DNA of 64,000 nt from NCBI GenBank assembly GCA_963695795.1, contig CAVOHU010000002.1, forward strand, positions 341,565 through 405,564, given 5' to 3'. The notes beneath the pieces are model-generated. The model saw only the letters and a program-made list of their open reading frames with translations. It did no database searches and was not told the DNA's origin. A program made the translations under genes and the position numbers. This DNA comes from an uncultured Acidobacteriota bacterium (GTDB lineage: Bacteria > Acidobacteriota > Vicinamibacteria > Vicinamibacterales > JAKQTR01). Shown here piece by piece: positions 37,758 to 47,582 of this stretch (positions within the stretch are counted from its first letter, which is position 1; each line of letters starts with the position of its first letter).

Positions 37758-39911
37758 ATGTACCGCTACCATTCCCGGTTGTTCGTCCCGGCGGTCCTTG
37801 CGATTGCTCTCGTCTTCCCGAGCCGCTCCCCCACCGAGGGCCGGCCCGGGCCGCCGCTGGCAGCCGACTCTCACCAGAGCCCTGGTGTTGCGTCCACGCC
37901 GATCTCGGCAGGCCCTGGACTCCAGAGCACCGACTTGTCCAGCCTGAAGTCCATCGCCGAAGTGCAGCTCTCGCCGGACGGGTCGCGCATCGCCTACAGC
38001 GTCAGAAACAGCGACCGGCCGGGACGACCCTACTCGCAGGCCTGGATTCTGGATGTCGCGTCGGGCAAGTCGGTGCGTCTCGGAACCGACCGGGAAGGCG
38101 CCTCGAACCCACGCTGGTCGCCTGACGGCCAGCAGATCGCCTATCTCGGCCGCGGGGAATCCGGCTCGGGTGTGGTCGTCGCAAGACTCGACGGCACCCT
38201 CGCCATCCCGCTTGCGCCGGTAGGCGGGACGAACCACCCGCTGCCCTCGAGCGGCGAGCGCATGGCGTGGTCGCCCGACGGCCGGCAGATCGCGTTCATC
38301 TCGGCCGCTCCCGGCCCGGAAACCGAGAACGCCAACGGCGATCCGATGGTCATCACGCGCTACCTCTACAAGCCCACGGCATCGGAGGGCTCGACCCGCT
38401 TCAACGACAACAAGCGGCTTCACATCTTCGTCGTGGATGTTGCGAGCAAGCAGGTTCGTCAGTTGACCACGGGCGACTACTACGAACATTCGATCGACTG
38501 GTCGCCCTCCGGCGACGAACTGCTCTTCGTGTCCAACCGGGAACCGGATCCCGATCGCTTTTTCAACTACGACCTCTTTGCCGTCAAAGTCGCGGACGGC
38601 GTGATCCGCCCGCTGACCCGGACCAGGAGCGCAGAGTACCGGCCGTCGTGGTCTCCCGACGGGCGACTGATCGCGTACCAGGGCACCCGGCGCGATCTGA
38701 CCTCGTCGGAGACGACGATGGAAGACACGCACGTGTGGGTGATGGACGCGATGGGCGCGAACCGGCGGGAAATCGGGGGCGGAATCGACAATCGCCAGGG
38801 GCCGCCTCAGTGGACGCCCGATGGCCGTGCGCTGTGCTTCACCGTCCAGGAGCGCGGATCGGTGCGGCTCTATCGCGCTCCCGTGACGGGCGGAACACCC
38901 GAGTTGCTTGCGCCCGGCACTGGCGAGCAGGCCAGCATCGGCACGTGGTCGATGGCCACAGGCGACCTGCTCGCGTACGCGATGACGACACCGTCCTCGC
39001 CGGCGGATCTGTACCTGAAACCGGCGGGCGCACCCTTCCGATCCCTGACGGCATTGAACGCCTCGTTGACCTCCACCAAGAAGATCGCGCCGGTCGAGGC
39101 GCTCGCCTTCAAGAGCTTCGACGGGATGGCCGTCGAAGCGTTCCTGACTCGTCCGCTCGAGATCACGGCCGGCTCGAAACACCCCCTCATCGTCATGATC
39201 CACGGCGGGCCGCACGGCCAGCAGGGCCCCGGCTTCAACGCGAAGGCCCAGGTGTATGCGGCCAGGGGCTGGGCGGTCCTGATGGTCAACTACCGTGGCT
39301 CGACCGGGTACGGTCAGAAGTTCGCCGACGCCATCTTCAACGACCAGGACGGCGGTGAGGCGAAGGACGTCCTTGCCGGAGTGGACGCGGCGCTGGCGAA
39401 GTACGCGTGGCTCGATCGCGACCGGCTCGGCATCGAGGGCGGCAGCTACGGCGGCCAGCTCACCGACTGGCTGATCACGCAGACGACGAGATTCAAGGCG
39501 GCGGTCCCGGCCGCCGGGATCGCCAACCTGGTCAGCTTCAATTACATGTCGTACTACCACGACTACCTGGCCGTGGAGTTCGGGGTCCGGCCGCACGAGC
39601 TGTGGCGCCAGAAAGCCGGCGCCCCCGAGCGGCGCCTGATGGACTTCCTGTGGGAGCGGTCGGCACTGCGGTACGTGGCGAACGTCCGGACACCGACGAT
39701 GTTCATCCACGGCGAGAACGACAACGACGTGCCGATTGCGGAGGCCGAGCAGTACTACATCGCGCTGAAGGATGCCGGGGTGGAGACCGTCATGGTCCGC
39801 TACCCGCGCGAGGGACACGGCATCGGGGAGACGAAGCACCAGATCGACGCGATCGACCGGAGCATCGCGTGGTACGAACGGCATTTCACCGGCAAGCCGC
39901 CGGAGATGTAG
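37758..39911 (+). CDS. S9-family peptidase (TolB-like propeller plus prolyl-oligopeptidase catalytic domain), intact
   Basis: Start at MYRYHSRLF, with GAAGGAG upstream. It has 'SPDGSRIAY', 'SPDGQQIAY' and 'SPDGRLIAY' blades, the nucleophile 'GGSYGGQL', 'HGENDNDVP' and 'REGHG'. Confidence 0.85.
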   Translation: MYRYHSRLFVPAVLAIALVFPSRSPTEGRPGPPLAADSHQSPGVASTPISAGPGLQSTDLSSLKSIAEVQLSPDGSRIAYSVRNSDRPGRPYSQAWILDVASGKSVRLGTDREGASNPRWSPDGQQIAYLGRGESGSGVVVARLDGTLAIPLAPVGGTNHPLPSSGERMAWSPDGRQIAFISAAPGPETENANGDPMVITRYLYKPTASEGSTRFNDNKRLHIFVVDVASKQVRQLTTGDYYEHSIDWSPSGDELLFVSNREPDPDRFFNYDLFAVKVADGVIRPLTRTRSAEYRPSWSPDGRLIAYQGTRRDLTSSETTMEDTHVWVMDAMGANRREIGGGIDNRQGPPQWTPDGRALCFTVQERGSVRLYRAPVTGGTPELLAPGTGEQASIGTWSMATGDLLAYAMTTPSSPADLYLKPAGAPFRSLTALNASLTSTKKIAPVEALAFKSFDGMAVEAFLTRPLEITAGSKHPLIVMIHGGPHGQQGPGFNAKAQVYAARGWAVLMVNYRGSTGYGQKFADAIFNDQDGGEAKDVLAGVDAALAKYAWLDRDRLGIEGGSYGGQLTDWLITQTTRFKAAVPAAGIANLVSFNYMSYYHDYLAVEFGVRPHELWRQKAGAPERRLMDFLWERSALRYVANVRTPTMFIHGENDNDVPIAEAEQYYIALKDAGVETVMVRYPREGHGIGETKHQIDAIDRSIAWYERHFTGKPPEM

Positions 39912-39941
39912 CGCGCGGGCTTCAGCCCGCGCGTCCCGGGA

Positions 39942-42900
39942 CTAGAAACTGAACTTGACCTGCAGGCGAATCACGCGCCGCGCCTCATACGAGCTGGGCA
40001 AACCGTACAGCGGATTCTTCCGAATGGCCGAGTTTGCCGCGGCAACGACGTTCGGATCCCAGGGCGCGCGGAAGAATCCATAGTTCTCTTTGGCATCCGC
40101 GATGAAGAACTGGTCGCGGTACGGGGTCACACCCTTGCCCGTGACGATCTGCTGATCGAAGAGGTTCAACGCGTTCAGGCCCACCGACAGCCTGGTGTGG
40201 CCGGGCAGGCCGAACTCCTGTTGAATCAGCAGGTCGGCCTTCGAGTAGGTCGGGTACCGGGGCAGGTTGTTGCGCCCCCACGCCATCACGTTGATGCCGG
40301 GCTTGTACGAAATGACCGACGAGGGAGGTGTGCCGCTCGTGATCAGGTAGTTCAGGCCTATCTGGGTTCCCCACGGCAGGTCGTAGGTTCCCTGGACCTT
40401 GAGCTGGTGCGGGCGGTCGGTGCCGAGCAGGCCAAGTGTCTCGTTCAATCCGGACTTCGTCACGGGATTGTACGCCCCGCGCGTGTCGTAGTTGTAGTAG
40501 AGGAAGTCGAAGTTGCGCCCGGCGTAGGGCTGCAGTCCGCTGTAGGCCTCGTCGGTGCCCGCGATCCCCGACCAGTTGCCCCACAGGCGGCTGAGCAGGT
40601 AGCTCGCTTCAGCGGACCAGCGGTTCGCGAACCGCTTGCGGAGCTTGAGTTCGAGCCCGTCGTATCTCCGGATGGCGGGCGGCTGATTCGGGTAGTCCGA
40701 GCCCCAGGGATACACGGCCGACTGGCCGGTGCCCCCGAACAACCCGTAGCCGGGGTTGTTCACGCCGCAGAGTTCCTGTCCGCCCCACAACGAGCAGACC
40801 GCTTCGATGGCGTAGTCGACCCACTTGTGCGTGAATCGGACGCCAACCGAGAGCGTCCGGCCGAGCTCGTGGTCGAGCCCCCCGGTCACCTCCTGCATGC
40901 GAATCGCGTTCAGATTCGGATCGACCATGTTGGTCGCGTCCGGCCTGTTGGCGATCGTACGGCCGTCGTAGCTGTCGATGAAGGTCCCCGGGTAGGCGGC
41001 GCCCGACGGTGGATATCCCCCGAGCGCGCCGATCGACTTCCAGTCCCAGGTGTCCAGCTGGTAGTAGTAGGTCACGCTCCGCGTCGCGCCAAACATGACG
41101 TACCCAAGGCCGAGCTTCATCAGGTCGTGGTACATCCCCCAGCTGCCGTAGGCCTTCCAACGGCTATCGCCCTTGATGTCCCAGGCAAAGCCGACGCGCG
41201 GCGCGATCTTGTCGCCGAACCCGAACTGGATGCCGGGGTTCTCCGCGCGGTACGACGGCGCGTACTCGCGCTCGGTGCGGACGCCGAGATTCAAGGTCAG
41301 GTTCCTGTTGAGCGTCCAGGAGTCCTGCACGAACAGGCCCCAGTTGTTCGCGACCGGGTCGCCCGACGAGAAGGTGCGGCTCACCGAGTAGTAGCCGTAC
41401 TTCCCGCGCTGGTACGTGCCGTTGTTGGCGGCGCGCGAGGCGTCCCAGGAGAACGAGATCGAAGGCTGTTGCGCTCCGGACAGCAGGTGGGCGCCTAGCC
41501 GTTCGAACTGGACGCCCGCTTTCAGCGTGTGCTGACCAACCCAGGTGATGTACCTCGTGACGTTGGCGTTCACGTTGACGTGAAAGTAGTTGTCCTGCAC
41601 GTTCTGGCTGCTCGACCGCGCGTCCGAATATCCGGAAACGTGCTGGTAGTCGGCCGGGATTTCAGGAAACTGGAAGTTGGAGGCGGCAAAGCTGTGAACC
41701 ACGACGTTGCTGAAGGTCCCGACATCCTTGCTGCCGTAGCCGAGGTAGGTCCCCGTGAGGTTGGCATACGTGCGGTTGCCCGGCACCCAGTCGAGCGAGA
41801 GGGAGAAGGTGTCGTTGTACGAGCGAGAGCGCACGACCGCAGGGAACAGGGCCGAGTTGGACGTGCTGGTGTTGTCTGGCTCGATGCCGGGCAGCGAGTA
41901 GCCGCCGGTTTGCCGGAGGATGTTGGTCGAGAGCTTGCCGCGCAGGTTCTGCGCGACCTGCCCGCTCAGGTTGGCGTTCGCCGTCCATGGTGTCGTGGAG
42001 TTCACGAAGGTCCGCGGTCCCGCGGCGAGGCTGTCGCGGAAGGTCACGGTCCGTTCGGTTCGTGCAGGGGCTGGATTGTACCCGACGTAGAACCACAGGC
42101 GGTCCCTCACAACCGGGCCTCCGAGATCGGCGACGATTTCCGCGTTGTACCACTTGTCCGCCGGACTCTTCACATACTCGGCGAGCAGCTGGTTGGACGG
42201 GTTCAGGCGCACCGACGGCCGGATCCTGCCCTGGAGTTTTTCCGTCGTGTAGTAGCCGCCCAGGCCGCCTCTGAACGTGTTGCTGCCCGTCTTGGTGATG
42301 GCGCTGACCACTCCGCCAATCGAGGCGCGGTACTCGGCGCTGTAGCCGGTCTGCTTGACCTGCACTTCACTCACGAAGTCCGCCACGACGCTCTTGCCGG
42401 ACTGGCCGGTCCGCAGGTTGGTCGTATCGACTCCGTCCACCATGAAGCGGTTGTCCGCACCGCTTGCTCCGTCGATCTGGATGCCGAAGCTCCGCGCTTC
42501 ATCGGTGATCCCTGCCGCGGCGGTGATGACCGTCGTGAAGTCCCGCCCTTTCGGGACGCGGGCGATGATCTCCTGCTGCACGTTTGCGCCCGACGAATTC
42601 TGCCTGACGTCGATGAGCGGCGCCTCGGCCGTGACCTGAACGTTCTCGGTCACGCCACCGACCTGGAGCGTCAGGTTGACCTTCAGGAGCTGACCGAGCT
42701 CCAGCAGGATGTTCTCCTGTGCCGCGGGCTTGAATCCCTCGAGCGTCGCGGTGACCGTGTAGCGCCCCGGCGCAAGCGCCGGGAATCGGAAGATGCCATC
42801 CGTGCTCGTCACCGCCGTCGACACGCCTACCATCGCGGGGCTTCTGGCTTCTACCGCCACGCCGGGCAGCACGCCGCCCGTCGAGTCCTTGACCGTCCCC

Positions 42901-42983
42901 TCGATCGAACCGCGCTGTTCCTGCGCGGCGGCCGGAGCGGCCAGGAACAGGATCAATGCGAATACGCCACAGAGTCTGCTCAT
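39942..42983 (-). CDS. TonB-dependent receptor with a carboxypeptidase-regulatory-like domain
   Basis: The signal peptide MSRLCGVFALILFLAAPAAAQ is followed by 'IEGTVKDSTGGVLPGVAVEARSPA..GRYTVTATLEGFKP'. The barrel ends in '..RLQVKFSF'. Confidence 0.85.
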   Translation of the reverse strand: MSRLCGVFALILFLAAPAAAQEQRGSIEGTVKDSTGGVLPGVAVEARSPAMVGVSTAVTSTDGIFRFPALAPGRYTVTATLEGFKPAAQENILLELGQLLKVNLTLQVGGVTENVQVTAEAPLIDVRQNSSGANVQQEIIARVPKGRDFTTVITAAAGITDEARSFGIQIDGASGADNRFMVDGVDTTNLRTGQSGKSVVADFVSEVQVKQTGYSAEYRASIGGVVSAITKTGSNTFRGGLGGYYTTEKLQGRIRPSVRLNPSNQLLAEYVKSPADKWYNAEIVADLGGPVVRDRLWFYVGYNPAPARTERTVTFRDSLAAGPRTFVNSTTPWTANANLSGQVAQNLRGKLSTNILRQTGGYSLPGIEPDNTSTSNSALFPAVVRSRSYNDTFSLSLDWVPGNRTYANLTGTYLGYGSKDVGTFSNVVVHSFAASNFQFPEIPADYQHVSGYSDARSSSQNVQDNYFHVNVNANVTRYITWVGQHTLKAGVQFERLGAHLLSGAQQPSISFSWDASRAANNGTYQRGKYGYYSVSRTFSSGDPVANNWGLFVQDSWTLNRNLTLNLGVRTEREYAPSYRAENPGIQFGFGDKIAPRVGFAWDIKGDSRWKAYGSWGMYHDLMKLGLGYVMFGATRSVTYYYQLDTWDWKSIGALGGYPPSGAAYPGTFIDSYDGRTIANRPDATNMVDPNLNAIRMQEVTGGLDHELGRTLSVGVRFTHKWVDYAIEAVCSLWGGQELCGVNNPGYGLFGGTGQSAVYPWGSDYPNQPPAIRRYDGLELKLRKRFANRWSAEASYLLSRLWGNWSGIAGTDEAYSGLQPYAGRNFDFLYYNYDTRGAYNPVTKSGLNETLGLLGTDRPHQLKVQGTYDLPWGTQIGLNYLITSGTPPSSVISYKPGINVMAWGRNNLPRYPTYSKADLLIQQEFGLPGHTRLSVGLNALNLFDQQIVTGKGVTPYRDQFFIADAKENYGFFRAPWDPNVVAAANSAIRKNPLYGLPSSYEARRVIRLQVKFSF

Positions 42984-43289
42984 TGAAGTCCTCCACGGGT
43001 GAGCCACGATTCGAACGGGTCCCGGGTACCGCGCCCCCCAGCCGGCCCGCGACGCCCGGGCCGGAGGGCTTTGCCCCATGGTCTACGGGCCCGCCTCGTG
43101 CAGGAGCCACGCGACGAGCGGCGAGCGGCATCACGGGCTGGCAGAAGCCCCACTGTCGGGCACGACCGTCGCCTGCCGGACGTATTGCGCTTGTCTGGGT
43201 ACAGGAGTGATTATCGTCGCCGCAGGCGACTTGTCAAGGACCGTTCGGTAGGAACCTTCGACAGGGAGCTTCGGCGACGCGACCGGGGC

Positions 43290-44441
43290 CTATTCGTTGA
43301 TGTGGACGACCTTCGCGGGCGCGAAGCCGTTGAACCACGTCGCCGACGCGTTGCTGTACGCGCCGATGTCCTCGGAGTAGACCAGGTCGTCGAGTTGCAG
43401 CTCCGGGAGCGCCTCCGACTGCGAGATCGTGTCGAGCCCGTCGCAGGTCTGCCCAAAGACCGCCGACACCTCGGTCGGGCCTCTTCTCAGGGCCTTGAAG
43501 TGATACGGGCAGTGGTCGAAGATGAGCCCCGAGAACGTGTGGTAGACGCTGTCGTCGATGTAGTAGCAGCGCCTCCCGTCGCGGACCGCCTTGCCGATCA
43601 CCGTCGCGATCGAGGTCACCGCCGTGGCCACGAAGAACCGGCCTGGCTCGGCGATGATCTCCATGCGCTTCGGAAACAGCCGGCCGATCTCGGCGTTGAT
43701 GATTCTGGCGAGCTGGCTGAAGGGCTGGACGTGGGGGTTGTAGCGCACGGGAAACCCGCCGCCGATGTCGAGGATCTTCAGGTCGAACCCTCGCGACAGC
43801 GATTCCTGGTAGACCGCCGCCGACATGGTGAACGCCTGCACGAAGTTCTCGAAGTTCGTGCACTGGCTGCCCACGTGGAAGCTCAATCCCTCGACCACCA
43901 GCCCGGCGTCGTGCGCCTCTTCGATGAGCGCCACGGCCTCGCCCGGTTCGCAGCCGAACTTGGACGACAGCTCGACCATCGATCCGGTATTCGGCACGCG
44001 AAGGCGCAGCAGGAGTCCGGCGTGCGGCGCGAACTGGCGGATCTTGCCGATCTCGGCGCGGTTGTCGAAGGTGACGAGCGGCTTGTATTTGTCGAGCGCG
44101 CGCAGTGTGGCTTTCGGCTTGATGGGATTGGCGTAGACGATCTTGTCCCACACGAAGGCCTGCCGCTCGGCGGCCGGCTGCTTCCTGATGAGGCCGTACA
44201 CCAGCATGAACTCAGGAAACGACGCGACGTCGAAGCTCGCCCCGGCCTTGAACAGTGTCCGCACGATCTCGGGCGCCGGGTTGGCCTTGACGGCGAAGTA
44301 CGCCTGGACGCGCGGCAGGTGCTTTCGGAACTGTGCGTAGTTCTGCCGGAGCGCGTCGTGATTGACCACCACGAGCGGCGTGCCGTGCTGCGCGGCGAGC
44401 GCCTTCAGTTGAGCGGGCGTCGTCCTGGCCACGGGCGTCAT
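43290..44441 (-). CDS. Type III (alanine-racemase-fold) PLP-dependent Orn/Lys/Arg decarboxylase
   Basis: '[14 protein letters not shown]' carries the PLP lysine. 'LDIGGGFP', 'EPGRFFV' and 'GQTCDGLD' are also present. Only the last 383 codons of the 760-aa ORF are used. Its ATG overlaps the upstream stop (ATGA-type). Confidence 0.85.
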   Translation of the reverse strand: MTPVARTTPAQLKALAAQHGTPLVVVNHDALRQNYAQFRKHLPRVQAYFAVKANPAPEIVRTLFKAGASFDVASFPEFMLVYGLIRKQPAAERQAFVWDKIVYANPIKPKATLRALDKYKPLVTFDNRAEIGKIRQFAPHAGLLLRLRVPNTGSMVELSSKFGCEPGEAVALIEEAHDAGLVVEGLSFHVGSQCTNFENFVQAFTMSAAVYQESLSRGFDLKILDIGGGFPVRYNPHVQPFSQLARIINAEIGRLFPKRMEIIAEPGRFFVATAVTSIATVIGKAVRDGRRCYYIDDSVYHTFSGLIFDHCPYHFKALRRGPTEVSAVFGQTCDGLDTISQSEALPELQLDDLVYSEDIGAYSNASATWFNGFAPAKVVHINE

Positions 44442-45649
44442 AAGGTCACGGGTTCCGACCCGTCGATCATCTTGACCTTGGTGTGCGCGAAGTACTCCTT
44501 CGTCAGCGCCCGCAGCATGGCCGGGCGCGCGTCGTAGAGCCGCCGCAGCTTCCGCTTCTTGTGCCGCGCCAGCGCGTAGTGCGTGAGGATCGGCATCGCG
44601 ATGGTCGTGTCCGTGTAGCACACCACCGCGTCGGGCAGCCGATCCGGATCGACCTTGCCCCAGCTGACGGCCTCGCTTGGCGTCGCGCCGCTCAGGCCGC
44701 CGGTGTCGGGCCGGGCGTCGGTGACCTGCAGGAAGAAGTCCTGGCCGAATTCCTTGATGCGCAGCACTTCCTGGATCTGCGGCTCGGTCTGCAGCATGAA
44801 GTTCTTCGGGCTGCCGCCGCCCCACAGCACGACGGCGCTCCGGCCGCCGCCCCGCTTGGCCGCGAGGACGAACGCGGTCGTTTCGTTCACGTCGATCGAC
44901 GGGTTCACGCGCAGCTTGTTGCCGCGCAACTCCACGCCCGCGACGTTCATGCCGATGGTCGAGTCGCCCGGCGACGAGGTGTAGCACGGCACGCCGGCGC
45001 GGTAAGCCGCCGCCAGCACCGAGACGTCTTTCAACCCGGCCTTGCGCTCCCACTCGGCCGCGTACCGGCCCAGCAGGTGATGCAGTTCGCCGGTGCCCAT
45101 CTCCTTCTGGAACTCGGGCTGGACGAGGAGGTTTCTCAGCGTCTCGTCGGTGGCCATCAGGCAGTCGCTGTAGCCCATCAGCACGTCGTAGACGCGAACG
45201 ATGTCGTTGTCGCGCAGCTCCGTGTCGTCCATCTTGAAGCTGCCCATCCGGACCGGATAGTTCAGCGCGAAATGCAGGTCGTGGTAGAGGATCGCGCCCG
45301 TGGAGACAATCCAGTCGACGAATCCCGCCTTGATGAGCGGCACGATCGACGAGCAGCCGAGCCCGGCCGGTGTCAGCGCTCCCGACAGGCTCATGCCGAT
45401 CGTCACGTCCGGATCGAGCATCCTCTCGGTGAACAGCTGACAGGCTTCGCGCAGGCGGCCCGAGTTGTACGCGAGGAACGCGTCGTCGACGATGTCTTCG
45501 AGCTTCTCGCGGCCGGTGAGATTCTTCGGAAGCACGCGCTTGCCCGACAGGTACATGTGCCGGTTCGGGCACGCTTTCTTCTTCATCCAGTCCGGCATGT
45601 CGGACAGGTCCTTGCGATCTCGGCTGTGCGCACTCGGTGTCTTGGCCAT
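44438..45649 (-). CDS. Deoxyhypusine-synthase-family protein (bacterial homospermidine-synthase-like)
   Basis: The start is set at MAKTPSAH. '[14 protein letters not shown]', '[14 protein letters not shown]' and 'WGGGSPKNF' are DHS-family motifs. Confidence 0.85.
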   Translation of the reverse strand: MAKTPSAHSRDRKDLSDMPDWMKKKACPNRHMYLSGKRVLPKNLTGREKLEDIVDDAFLAYNSGRLREACQLFTERMLDPDVTIGMSLSGALTPAGLGCSSIVPLIKAGFVDWIVSTGAILYHDLHFALNYPVRMGSFKMDDTELRDNDIVRVYDVLMGYSDCLMATDETLRNLLVQPEFQKEMGTGELHHLLGRYAAEWERKAGLKDVSVLAAAYRAGVPCYTSSPGDSTIGMNVAGVELRGNKLRVNPSIDVNETTAFVLAAKRGGGRSAVVLWGGGSPKNFMLQTEPQIQEVLRIKEFGQDFFLQVTDARPDTGGLSGATPSEAVSWGKVDPDRLPDAVVCYTDTTIAMPILTHYALARHKKRKLRRLYDARPAMLRALTKEYFAHTKVKMIDGSEPVTL

Positions 45650-46027
45650 GTGGGTCGCGTGCTCCGGTCGGTTGAGACGAGTCCCAGCATTATAGCGAAA
45701 CGGCCGGCCGGCCGAAGGTGCACCGAGCGCCTCGGTGAGGCATTGGCAGACCGCCACGGGCTCGGGAGTGGTTATGCGGCAGTCGAAGTTCACCGAGAGC
45801 CGGATCCTCCGGATTCTGTAAAAGGCCGACGGCGCGCCGTTCGCTTGTGACGCAGAGGTGATGCGGCGGGAGCCATCAACGACGCGTCGAACTGAATCTT
45901 GGCGGGAGGTCGCGCGTGATGGCGGGGGTCGGAGTCGAAGCTGAAAACCGATCGACCGCGCGGCCGATACGCGGATGTGACGGTCCGGCCGATATCTCGT
46001 ACACTGGAGGCTTGGAGGAGGCGGTCA

Positions 46028-46261
46028 ATGGCTTGGCTTGACTGGTCGCAATGCCCCGTCGTCGAGAGCATCCCTGGCAAGGTGAGCGGCGCCTGGGTGT
46101 TTCGGGGCACACGCACGCCTGTCTCCGTGGTCTTCGAGAACTTGGAGGACGGCATGACGATCGACGAGGTCATCGAGCAGTTCCCGGTTTCGCGGAGCCA
46201 CGTCAAGGCCGTGCTGGAGTTCGCCGCCCGCAGCCTCGACGCGCCGATCCCGGCACGCTGA
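46028..46261 (+). CDS. DUF433-domain protein (putative antitoxin)
   Basis: 'PGKVSGAWVFRGTRTPVSVVFENLEDGMTIDEVIEQFP.VSRSHVKAVLEFA' is the DUF433 signature. Confidence 0.75.
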   Translation: MAWLDWSQCPVVESIPGKVSGAWVFRGTRTPVSVVFENLEDGMTIDEVIEQFPVSRSHVKAVLEFAARSLDAPIPAR

Positions 46262-46587
46262 TGCGGGTTCTCTTCGACAACGGGACGCCGAGGGGCGTCG
46301 GCGCGGTCCTGACCGACCACATCGTCGAGGAAGCTCGCGCCCACGGGTGGGACACCTTTCGAAACGGCGAACTGCTCGACGCCGCCGAGGCCGCCGGGTT
46401 CGACGTGTTCGTGACGACGGACCGGAACCTCCGCTACCAGCAGAACCTGAAGGGTCGGAAGATCGCCATCATCGTTCTTGGCAATGGCCGATGGCGTCTG
46501 ATCAAGAACAGGCTGCCGACGATTGGCGCAGCGATTGCCGCAGCGGCGCCCGGCAGTTTTGCTGAGATCGAAATCCCGATTGACTGA
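46261..46587 (+). CDS. PIN-like/DUF5615-like putative toxin partner of DUF433
   Basis: The ATG overlaps the DUF433 stop by 1 nt. Translation reads MRVLFDNGTPRGV..FDVFVTTDRNLRYQQNL. The small alpha/beta pattern and gene context suggest a PIN-like nuclease, but motif support is weak. Confidence 0.5.
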   Translation: MRVLFDNGTPRGVGAVLTDHIVEEARAHGWDTFRNGELLDAAEAAGFDVFVTTDRNLRYQQNLKGRKIAIIVLGNGRWRLIKNRLPTIGAAIAAAAPGSFAEIEIPID

Positions 46588-46804
46588 ACGACCCGTCCCT
46601 ATCAGAACCTCGACACCTCTCGTGCTTGCAGCAGCTGCGGACCCAGGTTGATCTTGTGGGCCGCTGCAAGACCCGCTGCTCATCACTTGACTCGCCGCCC
46701 TCTGCTCGACCGTTCCGTCACGTCTCGAGCTAGAGGCGGAGAATCTCGCCCGGCGCCACGTCCCAATGGCTGAGCTGCCTACGGCCGGTTCCGAGCGCGG
46801 GTAT

Positions 46805-47527
46805 TCACGCGGGGACAACGACGGAATCGCTGCCCGTGCAGTCGGCTTCGACGACGCGGCCGTCGAAGAGGTGGACCGTGCGATCGGCGTGGCGGGCGAA
46901 GCGCGGGTCGTGCGTGACCATGCAGACGGTCGCGCCCCCCTTGTGAAGTTCCCGCAGCAGTTCCATGACCGACTCGCCGTTGCGGGAGTCGAGGTTCCCG
47001 GTCGGCTCGTCCGCGAGCAGGATGAGCGGCTGTCCGACCAGCGCCCGCGCCACGGCCACGCGCTGCTGCTGGCCGCCCGACAGCTGGCTCGGGAGGTGCC
47101 TGGCGCGGTGCGCCATGCCGACCTTCTCCAGCGCCGAGGTGACGCGCGACTTTCGCTCGGTCGCCTTCATGCCGCGGTAGGTCAGCGGCAGCTCGACGTT
47201 TTCGAAGACGGTCAGGTCGCCGATCAGGTTGAAGCTCTGGAAGATGAACCCGACCTCGCGGTTGCGGATCCGCGCGCGTTCGGCGAAGCTCAGGTTCGCG
47301 ACCGCCTTGTCGTTGAGCGTGTAGTTTCCGCCAGTCGGCGTGTCGAGCAATCCGAGGATCGAGAGCAGCGTGGACTTGCCACATCCCGACGGCCCCGCGA
47401 TCGACACGTACTCGCCCCTTCGGATCTCCAGCTCGATGTCGTCGAGGGCATGGGTCTCGACCTCGTCCGTGTAGAACACCTTCGTCACGCCATCGAGCTT
47501 GATCAACGCCTGGTCCGCTTGGTCCAT
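46805..47527 (-). CDS. ABC transporter ATP-binding protein (MacB/LolD-type)
   Basis: Walker A is 'GPSGCGKST', the signature is '[15 protein letters not shown]', and Walker B is 'ILLADEPT'. Confidence 0.9.
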   Translation of the reverse strand: MDQADQALIKLDGVTKVFYTDEVETHALDDIELEIRRGEYVSIAGPSGCGKSTLLSILGLLDTPTGGNYTLNDKAVANLSFAERARIRNREVGFIFQSFNLIGDLTVFENVELPLTYRGMKATERKSRVTSALEKVGMAHRARHLPSQLSGGQQQRVAVARALVGQPLILLADEPTGNLDSRNGESVMELLRELHKGGATVCMVTHDPRFARHADRTVHLFDGRVVEADCTGSDSVVVPA

Positions 47528-47582
47528 GACCGCTCCTCTTGGCCTGCTGACGGCTTGGTCCACCGGGGCCCGGCCGCCGCGC

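Noticed and set aside
43290-45572. A 760-aa ORF suggesting one very large protein.
   Set aside because: Only the C-terminal 383 codons (from MTPVARTT at 44441) look like a real protein, the PLP decarboxylase. The N-terminal half overlaps the deoxyhypusine-synthase-like gene in another frame and is Arg/Gly-rich noise.
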